Shown one piece after another: positions 54,296-64,000 of a stretch of DNA of 64,000 nucleotides. The stretch comes from Octopus vulgaris (taxonomy: Eukaryota): positions 23,250,001 through 23,314,000 of the forward strand of contig OX597833.1 in assembly GCA_951406725.2 (NCBI GenBank), given 5' to 3'. A model generated the notes under the pieces. It worked only from the letters and a program-made list of their open reading frames with translations. It made no database searches and had not been told where the DNA came from. Positions within the stretch are counted from its first letter, which is position 1. The number at the start of each line of letters is the position of its first letter. Position numbers and translations under genes: made by a program.

Positions 54296-55065
54296 TATAA
54301 TTTCAACAATTGAGGGTAAAATTAATTAATTAATCAATTTCACCAAGTATTCAGTATGCAAAGGGACCGTTTAAGGCGAATTCAAATTATTACATTATAT
54401 AAAAGGGCTTAGTAAAATAAATTACTTTGCCGCATACTGAACTCATTAGAAATAGCAGCTAAAAAAACTTTTTTAAAACTATTTCCAATACTTAAAGAAA
54501 ACCTCTCTCATATAGTGTTTGCTCAATTCAACTCACGAAAGTATGGGGGTAGAGACATTAAAATATCAAATGCAAAGGTTATTTGAGAACGTACGTTTCA
54601 AGATTAGTCAAAATCGACACTTCTATCATCAGCTCAGAACTCCCTGGTTTGGATTTGAAAACACTGAAAGTGGGAGCATACCCTTTCGGCTTGTTATCGC
54701 TTCTGAAGATCTGCTCGAAACTAACAGTGCCAGCAAACTCAAATATGCAAGCGAAGAATTTCTGCTCTCCCCTTTCCACCAGCGTGGGTTAAAATCAGTA
54801 AACACTATGCTTTTTTCGGTAAAATCCGAGGCATTTAAATAGAGAGAGATGAATTATAATTTCAACAATTGAGGGTAAAATTAATTAATTAATCAATTTC
54901 ACCAAGTATTCAGTATGCAAAGGGACCATTTAAGGCGAATTCAAATTATTACATTATATAAAAGGGCTTAGTAAAATAAATTACTTTGCCGCATACTGAA
55001 CTCATTTCTAATGAGTTCAGTATGCGGCAAAGTAATTTATTTTACTAAGCCCTTTTATATAATAT
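54296..55065. repeat. Unclassified element with ~150-bp direct repeats and terminal fold-back
   Basis: 54296-54447 repeated at 54857-55005, then inverted at 55010-55063. Confidence 0.65.
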
Positions 55066-55152
55066 ATGTATATATATATACATATATATATGTATATATA
55101 TATGTATGTATATATATGTTTGTACGTATATGTATGTATGTATATATATAAC

Positions 55153-55187
<35 letters not shown>

Positions 55188-55267
55188 AAGGGTGGAAAGG
55201 AACACACGAGTTGATATATATGAAAAAACAAGTCAAAAATAGAAAATGCTAAGATGATTTTATAGTG

Positions 55268-55320
55268 AATCTTTCAGTACCGGTTTCGGTCATTTTGAGA
55301 CCTTTTCAACTGTAACGATT
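55268..55320 (-). ncRNA. Minimal hammerhead ribozyme (U3-A8 variant), left arm
   Basis: Reverse complement of 58147-58199. Confidence 0.75.
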
Positions 55321-58146
55321 AAATAATTAAATTTAGAAAAATTTAGAAAAATTAGAAGAAAGGTTTTTTTAAAGGAATACTTCCATAGTAGTGTTCAGAT
55401 ATAGGTGGCATTCTGCCTTTCTCTGACTCCCTTGTTTGCACTTGTGTATTGGAGGTCGTTGTGAGTTCTTGAGGGGGTGGGAGTGGGAAAATCTGGGCTG
55501 GTCAGTGGCGACCGGCAGTCGCTGCGTAGGCGTTATACTTAAAGACATTAGTGACAAGGTTGAGGGGTAGAAGGTGGAGAAGTAGAAGAAGAAGAAGATG
55601 ATGGTGCCGATGATGATGACGATGAAGAAGAAGAAGGAGAAGATGATGATGATGATTGGTGGTGATGACGATGACGACGATGATGATGATAATGATGATG
55701 ATGAAGAAGAAGAAGAGGAAGAAGAAGAAAAAAAACAGAGAAGGGAGAATATGAATGGGTGAAGATATAGCTGTGATGGGGCGATTAGTAATGGATTCTA
55801 TGGAATGTAATATTTGTGTGTGTATATATATTTCTTTTATTCTTAAGTTGAGGTATATTAATTGTTTGTCGTAGACCCGTTAAGAAGTGGCCTGTATTTT
55901 ATAATAAAGAGATTTTCTTTACTTATTCGTTGTCTCGAGGTTGTATCGTCCCTAAATTGGTAGAGGGGGAAAATTCTGAAGTTTGGTGTTTTTTTGTTGG
56001 CGCAAGTATCTATGTGTTGGCTAAAAGCTATTTTTCTGTTTTGGGGAATTTTTATCTGGGATCTGTGCAGGGCCATTCGTTTACGCAAACCATTTTTTGT
56101 TTGGCCTATGTACTGCTCTTGACACCCGGAGCAGGTTAGTGAGTATATTAGGTTCTCCGAAGCACATGTGAAGTTGCTTTTCACTGTAAACCGTTGTCCC
56201 TGTTTGAAGGAGAACTCAGAACCCTCGATTAGATAGTCGCATATCCCGCAATTGGGTCTTCCACATTTTTTTACTGTCGGCTTCTGTGTTGAAGAGTGAA
56301 TTCGGGCTTGTGTTAGGAGACTTTTCATGGATCTAGGCTGTCTTTTGCTTTTTATGATCGTGTGTGTTTGGAGGATTGTGTTCATTCTGTGGTCTTTTTT
56401 TAGGAGGGGTATGTTGTGGAGGATGGTGCCGAAGGCTTCGTTATTGAGAGGGTTGTGTGTGGAGATGTATGGTAAGGCTTTTTGTTGTAGGTTTTTCTTT
56501 GATTTGGGATGTCTCACTTCCTTGATGTTAAGTTGAAGGGCACGTTGAATGCACTTGTCAATAAGTGAAGGTGGATAGTTCCTGGTGATAAGGGTATCTT
56601 TTAGTTCTTGTAGTCGTGTGTCTCTGGTGTTTGCGTTAGAGACTATAGTGCATATCCTTTTTGCTAGATTGAAGGGGATATTCATCCTGGTGTGTCTGGG
56701 GTGGCATGAATTGAATGGAAGATATTGCTTAGAGTCTGTAGGCTTATAGTATATGTCTGTTTCTATTATATTATTAGCTTTCTTAATGAGGATATCGAGG
56801 AAGGGAAGTTGTTGCTGGCTATATTCCATCGTGAATTGGATGTTTACGTCCAGCCCGTTTAAAATTTCCTGGAATTCTATGAGTTTTTCTATATTTTTAT
56901 GCCAAAGAATGAAACAGTCATCTAGATATCTCTTCCAGTTGTTTTCTATGTAGATGGAGAAAGGGCTGCCATATCTTTCTAGAACCTTACGATACAGACT
57001 GATCTCTAGGTATCCTATGACTAGGTTGGCAAAGGAGGGGGCCATTCGTGTACCCATCGCAGTCCTAAAAAAAGACCACAGAATGAACACAATCCTCCAA
57101 ACACACACGATCATAAAAAGCAAAAGACAGCCTAGATCCATGAAAAGTCTCCTAACACAAGCCCGAATTCACTCTTCAACACAGAAGCCGACAGTAAAAA
57201 AATGTGGAAGACCCAATTGCGGGATATGCGACTATCTAATCGAGGGTTCTGAGTTCTCCTTCAAACAGGGACAACGGTTTACAGTGAAAAGCAACTTCAC
57301 ATGTGCTTCGGAGAACCTAATATACTCACTAACCTGCTCCGGGTGTCAAGAGCAGTACATAGGCCAAACAAAAAATGGTTTGCGTAAACGAATGGCCCTG
57401 CACAGATCCCAGATAAAAATTCCCCAAAACAGAAAAATAGCTTTTAGCCAACACATAGATACTTGCGCCAACAAAAAAACACCAAACTTCAGAATTTTCC
57501 CCCTCTACCAATTTAGGGACGATACAACCTCGAGACAACGAATAAGTAAAGAAAATCTCTTTATTATAAAATACAGGCCACTTCTTAACGGGTCTACGAC
57601 AAACAATTAATATACCTCAACTTAAGAATAAAAGAAATATATATACACACACAAATATTACATTCCATAGAATCCATTACTAATCGCCCCATCACAGCTA
57701 TATCTTCACCCATTCATATTCTCCCTTCTCTGTTTTTTTCTTCTTCTTCCTCTTCTTCTTCTTCATCATCATCATTATCATCATCATCGTCGTCATCGTC
57801 ATCACCACCAATCATCATCATCATCTTCTCCTTCTTCTTCTTCATCGTCATCATCATCGGCACCATCATCTTCTTCTTCTTCTACTTCTCCACCTTCTAC
57901 CCCTCAACCTTGTCACTAATGTCTTTAAGTATAACGCCTACGCAGCGACTGCCGGTCGCCACTGACCAGCCCAGATTTTCCCACTCCCACCCCCTCAAGA
58001 ACTCACAACGACCTCCAATACACAAGTGCAAACAAGGGAGTCAGAGAAAGGCAGAATGCCACCTATATCTGAACACTACTATGGAAGTATTCCTTTAAAA
58101 AAACCTTTCTTCTAATTTTTCTAAATTTTTCTAAATTTAATTATTT

Positions 58147-58199
58147 AATCGTTACAGTTGAAAAGGTCTCAAAATGACCGAAACCGGTACTGAAAGATT
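58147..58199 (+). ncRNA. Minimal type-I hammerhead ribozyme (U3-A8 variant) in Penelope 3' region
   Basis: CAG-TTGAAAA-GGTC-tcaaaat-GACC-GAAA-CCGG-TA-CTG with distal AATC/GATT pairing; palindromic stem III ACCGGT; predicted cleavage after A58189. Confidence 0.75.
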
Positions 58200-58282
58200 C
58201 ACTATAAAATCATCTTAGCATTTTCTATTTTTGACTTGTTTTTTCATATATATATATATATATACACATATACGTGTGTATT

Positions 58283-58325
<43 letters not shown>

Positions 58326-58524
58326 GTATATATGTATGTATGTATATATGTTTGTATATGTACATATGTTTGTATGTATATATATATAACTATGTATATA
58401 TATACATATATATGTATATATACATATATATAGATGTATGTATACATAAGTATGTGTATATATACATATATATGGATGTATGTATACATAAGTATGTGTA
58501 TATATATATACATATATGGATGTG

Positions 58525-58573
<49 letters not shown>

Positions 58574-58690
58574 ATATATATATGTATGTATATATATATG
58601 TATGTATGTATATATATATATATATGTATGTATATAGATATGTATATATATATGTATTTATATGTATATATATATGTATGTATGTATGTA

Positions 58691-58726
<36 letters not shown>

Positions 58727-58780
58727 TGTATGTATGTATATATTTATGTATGTATATATATATATGTATGTATGTATGTA

Positions 58781-58816
<36 letters not shown>

Positions 58817-58907
58817 TGTATGTATGTATGTATGTATATATATATGTATGTATGTATATATGTGTATGTATATATATATGTATGTATGTATATATGTGTA
58901 TGTATAT

Positions 58908-59797
58908 ATCATCATCATCATCATTTAGCGTCCGCTTTCCATGCTAGCATGGATTGGACGGTTCAACTGGGGTCTGTGAAGCCAGAAGGCTGCATCAGGC
59001 CCAGTCTGATCTGGCAGTGTTTCTATGACTGAATGCCCTTCCTAACGCCAACCACTCCGTGAGTGTAGTGGGTGCTTTTTACGTGCCACCCGCACAGGTG
59101 CCAGACGGAGCTGGCAAACGGCCACGGATGGACGGTGCTTTTTACGTGCCACCGGCACGGGGGCCAGGCGAGGCTGGCAACGGACACGAATGGATTGTGC
59201 TTTTTACGTGCCACCGGCACGGAGGCCAGTCGGGGTGGCGCTGGCAACGGCCACGATTGGATGGTTCACTTACTTGTCACCGGCACTGGTATCACAGCTG
59301 CAATTTCCATTGATGTTGATCGACTTCAATTTTGGTTCTGCTTCCTCATATATGATTTGATTTGGTTTGATTTTGATTTTCACTTGCATCAACGGGTCTT
59401 CACAAGTGGAGTTTTGTGTCCCAAGAAGGAAAGGTATGTATAAGTCGACTGGCTACATACCAGCTAGAGGCCACGGGTTATGGTCTCACTAGTCTTGCCG
59501 GGTCTTCTCACGCACAGCATGCTTCCAGAGGTCTCAGTCTCTAGTCATTTCCTTAGTGAGACCTAAAGTTCGAAGGTTGTGCTTCACCACCTCGTCCCAG
59601 GTTTTCCTGGGTCTACCTCTTCCACAGGTTCCCTCAACCGCTAGGGTGTAACACTTTTTCACACAACTATCTTCATCCATTCTCGCCACGTGCCCATACC
59701 AGCGCAAACGTCTCTCTTGCACACCACATCTGATGCTTCTTAGGTCCAACTTTTCTCTCAAGATACTTACACTCTGTCGAGTATGAATACTGACATG
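58908..59797 (-). mobile_element. RTE/RTEX-type LINE 3' end with 3' UTR
   Basis: LREKLDLRSIRCGVQERRLRWYGHVAR...GRGRPRKTW; repeats and (ATG)n tail. Confidence 0.88.
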
Positions 59798-61366
59798 TGT
59801 GTATGTGAATGACTAGTATAAAATGTGGGTTTAGAGAATTGTGTGGCTCTCAGATAAAGCTCCTATTACGGACTTGGCTAACAATCCACACAGTAATTCA
59901 TTACAAAAATAGCGATGTGTTAAGTGTCCATAGAAGTGAAACTCCAGAAGATCCACTCAATGAAGATATCTTACTAGGAATATATAAACCATAGTATCAG
60001 GAGGTATCAGAGGTGCATAGATATTTATTCAGGCACATGATTTCCATAGGATTACAGCTGTTTCGTAACCTGCATGTAATGTTAATTTCAGTATGGAAGA
60101 AATTACAGCCGTAATCCTATGGAAGTCACATGGTTAAATTAATTACACTCATTTCTCACCTCCTGACTTTATGGGCTTATCTATGTATGTATATATGAAT
60201 AAATATGTGTGTGTGTATCTTCTAGTTTCTTTCGCACTCAACTCCACTTCTCTCTCTCCTTTAACCAATCTACTTTATACATTCCACATAGTGCAGTTTT
60301 CCTGGAAACACTACACACCTACACCACCACCCCACCATCTCACACCACCACCACATACTACATAGCACCACAATCCCCTCCACCACTACATACCACCACA
60401 TGCCACCATCACCACCACCACTACCAATGTCATCACTGTCACCTCTACAACCACTACTACCATAATCCATACACTTTTCATCACCCACCCCCACACTAGA
60501 TCTGGTTTCTTCTTATAGAATGATGTTGTGGGCTGTATGCCTCTTCCAGTCTGTCTGTCTGTCTGTCTCTTCACTCATGTCCTTCACAGTTTAAAATATG
60601 ATGTTGTGGTCTGCATGCCATGTCCAGACTGCTCACCTCTTCACTCGTGTCTTTCATGCTACACCCACCCCACCACATCTCTCCTTTGAGAGTCTTTATT
60701 GAAATGTCACAGCACACACACACACAAACACACACAGTCTTGTAAGCATTCTTCATACCACACATTGTATCTGCCATACAAATACACACACACACACATA
60801 TGTGTGTGTATGTATACATGTATATATTTATATATATATAGATATATATATTATATATACTCAGATGATACACACAAATATATACACTATTGTTTCTATG
60901 TTATGCATTCTATATTCACCAGGTTTATGCATATATACCCACTCAGCGATAGCTTCTTATATATATACCCAAGTGTTATGCACTTAAGAGCAGGCCTTAT
61001 ATTATACACTCATATATTGTACACTCTCCTGTATTATATACTCTGCAAGACACAAGTGATTGCTTGTTATCTGTTGGATATGCATGTCATTGAGGTGGGG
61101 GGGGGGCGTTGTATAGACTTTTTTTTCTGTGAAGTTTTGTGTAAAAATAATTTAACATTAAACTGAAGAATCACTCTTTGCTTTTTGTATGTATTGTGGA
61201 GTGTGTGTGTGTGTATATAATCATCACCAGCATCGTCATCATCATTTAATGTCTGTTTTGCATGCTAGCATGGGCTGGACGGTTGAAGAGGAGCTGGCAA
61301 GGATGGAGAGCTGCACCAGGCTCCAATTTCCTGTTTTGGCATGAATTCTGCTGAGTGTACTGGGTG

Positions 61367-61418
<52 letters not shown>

Positions 61419-61459
61419 AGAGTATGTATAGAAAGAGAGAGGGAGGGAGAGAGAGAGAG

Positions 61460-61585
61460 TGCATATTTACTTTTACAAGGTAATGGTTGCCAGTGACTTC
61501 GAAGTTTCAGCAGGCTTTCCTCAGACACTCAGACGAAAGCAAGCAACCTGAAGCTTGGAAGTCATTTGTAAAAGTTAACACATGC
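61460..61585 (-). ncRNA. Hammerhead motif in short decayed fold-back
   Basis: Minus 61490-61530: GT-CTGAGGA-a-AG cctg CT-GAAA-CTTCGAAG-TC-AC; inverted partial copy CTGAAGCTTGGAAGTCA at ~61548-61564. Confidence 0.55.
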
Positions 61586-61629
61586 ACACACACATAGTAT
61601 AAACAGTAAAGTGGTATGCATAATGGATA

Positions 61630-61840
61630 AAAGCGGTGAGCTGGCAGAAACGTTAGCACGTCGGGCGAAATGCTTAGCGGTATTTCGTCTGTCTTTACGT
61701 TCTGAGTTCAAATTCTGCCGAGGTCGATAAATTAAGTATCAGTTACGCACTGGGGTCGATGTAATCAACTTAATCCATTTGTCTGTCCTTGTTTGTCCCC
61801 TCTGTGTTTAGCCCCTTGTGGGTAGTAAAGAAATAGGTAT
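61630..61840 (+). mobile_element. SINE family B
   Basis: AAAGCGGTGAGCTGGCAGAAACGTTAGCACG... Confidence 0.8.
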
Positions 61841-61959
61841 GCATAATGTATGCACACATAGTGGACTGGTATGCTGGTATGTATATATACGTATGTGTAT
61901 ATATATGTATGTATATATAAGCATATATATGTATGTATATATATGTATATATGTGTATG

Positions 61960-61993
<34 letters not shown>

Positions 61994-62081
61994 TATATTA
62001 TACACATAATATATATATACACATATATATATTATACACATAATATATATATACACATATATATATACACATATATATATT

Positions 62082-62120
<39 letters not shown>

Positions 62121-62135
62121 TATATTATACACATA

Positions 62136-62173
<38 letters not shown>

Positions 62174-62312
62174 ATATATTATACACATAATATATATATA
62201 CAATATATATATATATATACACATATATATATTAAACACATAATATATATATACATATATATATACATATATATATACACATATATATATTATACACATA
62301 ATATATATATAC

Positions 62313-62350
<38 letters not shown>

Positions 62351-62829
62351 ATATATTATACACATAATATATATATAACACATATATATATTATACACAT
62401 AATATATATATACATACATATATACATAATATATACATACACACACACACACATATATATTTATATACACATATATATACACGATACAGAGGATGCATAC
62501 CTAGACAACACTCATGATTCTCAGAATTGTCTAAACATGGATTAAAGTCCCTGTGTTAGTTGTTTGGACACTGCATTCTTCAACAATTTCCTTCTCGTAA
62601 TTCACCAACACAACTCCTGGCCTCTCTAGAAACGCCCTTTCCCCTTTGTGACTCTTTTAATGTCTCCTTTTCTGCCTTATTATCTTCTAATCTGTCTGCT
62701 TTACCATCTTTCTTCACTTGACTTACGTGTCTGCTTTTTGTCTCTTCACTTAACCATTTCTGAAGAGTTGCAGGGGCACCTGAGCACTGGAGACAATAAA
62801 CAGAAATGTTAGCAAACCAGATATAATGC

Positions 62830-63490
62830 AGAGAAGAAAGACGTCTTCTGGCTTTATGTTCTGAATTCAAATTCTTATTTCTTTATTGCTCACAAGGGGC
62901 TAAACATAGAGGGGACAAACTAAGACAGACAAAGGGATTAAGTCGATTACATGGACCCCAGTATGTAACTGGTACTTAATTTACTAAATATAAGGCGGCG
63001 AGCTGGCAGAAACGTTAGCACGCCGGGCGTGCTGTATTTCGTCAGCCGCTACGTTCTGAGATCGTATTCCGCCGAGGTCGACTTTACCTTTCATCCTTTC
63101 GGGGTCGATAAATTAAGTACCAGTTACGCACTGGGGCCGATGTAATCGGCTTAAACCGTTTGTCTGTCCTTGTTTGCCCCCTCTGTGTTTAGTTCCTTGT
63201 GGGTAGTAAAGAAATAGGTACTTAATTTATCAACCCCGAAAGGATGAAAGGCTAAGTCGACTTCGGCGGAATTTGAACTCAGAACGTAATGCCAGACGAA
63301 ATACCGCTAAGCATTTTGCCCGGCGTGCTAACATTTCTGCCAGCTCGCCGCCTTTAGTGTTCAAATCTGAGTTCAAATTCTGCCATGGTTGACTTTACTT
63401 TTCATTCTTTTGGGATCAATAAAATAAGTATCAGTTAATGTAATTAATTAGTCCCCCCCCCGCTCTCTTGTGCCAAAAGTAGAAAGAATT
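62830..63490. mobile_element. Nested cluster of SINE family B copies (both strands)
   Basis: A + copy at 62992-63220 lies inside a - copy (62875-62980 plus 63220-63355), within a further + remnant. Confidence 0.75.
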
Positions 63491-64000
63491 ATTAGTATTA
63501 TATACATTCTATATTTATTATGTATGTGTTTATATACATACGCACATAAATGTGTGTGTGTCTAATTATACATATACATGTGTGTGTGTATGTGTATAAA
63601 TATATATATGGATGTGTAGATGTACATACAGATGAGTAGTAACTCTTGACGCACAGATGGAAGTTCTGGGTTCAAACCCCGGTAAGGTTTAAATCCAGAA
63701 CAAAAGATACATAACTACAAAGTACCATTTCTTGTGAAGTTTGTTCGGGTTCACCCTGGTCCCACTATCAACAGGATCTTGTTAAATGTGAAGTAAAGGA
63801 AGTCATGTGACTTGACTTGATTTTACTCCAGCTTGGACCACAGAGAGCCACTGGACTTTGGAGTAGATCTCTATAAGCTTTTAGTAAGGTTTTCTCTGAT
63901 TCTGCATCCTATCGTTAGTCATCAACCCTCTGTAGGTTTCACTTGTCCTTTTAACACCCCCTCATTTTGTCTGTGGAGTTTCTTGCTACTCTCCTAACTA

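Larger units (their letters stand above)
55185..58250. mobile_element. Penelope-like element (Neptune-type), 5'-truncated, with ~1.18-kb inverted duplicate
   Basis: Minus ORF 55858-57061: AMGTRMAPSFANL, RYLDD, LPFLD, YYKPT, Cys linker CGRPNCGIC, GIY-YIG NLIYSLTCSGCQEQYIGQT; + copy 57064-58246 repeats linker, endonuclease and 3' UTR. Confidence 0.93.

Noticed and set aside
54702-54735. CTGAAGA...GAAA hammerhead-like string
   Set aside because: No stem II and a non-cleavable UG at the cleavage position
56954-57141. Apparent N-termini of the two overlapping Penelope ORFs
   Set aside because: Read-through across the inversion junction into antisense sequence
62501-62790. Possible antisense exon with acceptor- and donor-like sites
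   Set aside because: No frame open throughout; RPGVVLVNYEKEIV looks like a decayed TE endonuclease

Overview
AT-rich, microsatellite-dense animal genomic DNA, almost certainly Octopus (judged from its cephalopod tRNA-SINE families and molluscan-type proteins). Two host genes lie on the + strand. One is a complete innexin (about 419 aa): coding exons 12690-13038 and 15408-16316, plus a probable first exon ending at 7694 that splits the start codon (AT|G). The other is the 46-nt first coding exon of a PKA catalytic subunit (MGNAATAKKGDPAEN, 37384-37429); the rest of the window is its intron 1. Everything else is mobile DNA: two near-full-length RTE LINEs, a decayed Tx1/L1 LINE, three copies of a CR1 3' end, a Neptune-like Penelope element (RT + GIY-YIG) in inverted configuration, RLE-clade remnants, four non-autonomous Helitrons, MITEs and many SINEs. 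Three signals stand out. (i) Several sequence-unrelated short elements carry minimal type-I hammerhead ribozyme motifs; most are fold-backs in or beside microsatellites with the same geometry as the Penelope element. (ii) Two otherwise divergent RTE families share a structured ~115-nt 5' leader that can be folded into an HDV-like pseudoknot. (iii) A ~20-kb mosaic of local direct and inverted duplications sits inside the PKA intron. All calls were made by eye; TE boundaries are approximate unless termini are quoted.
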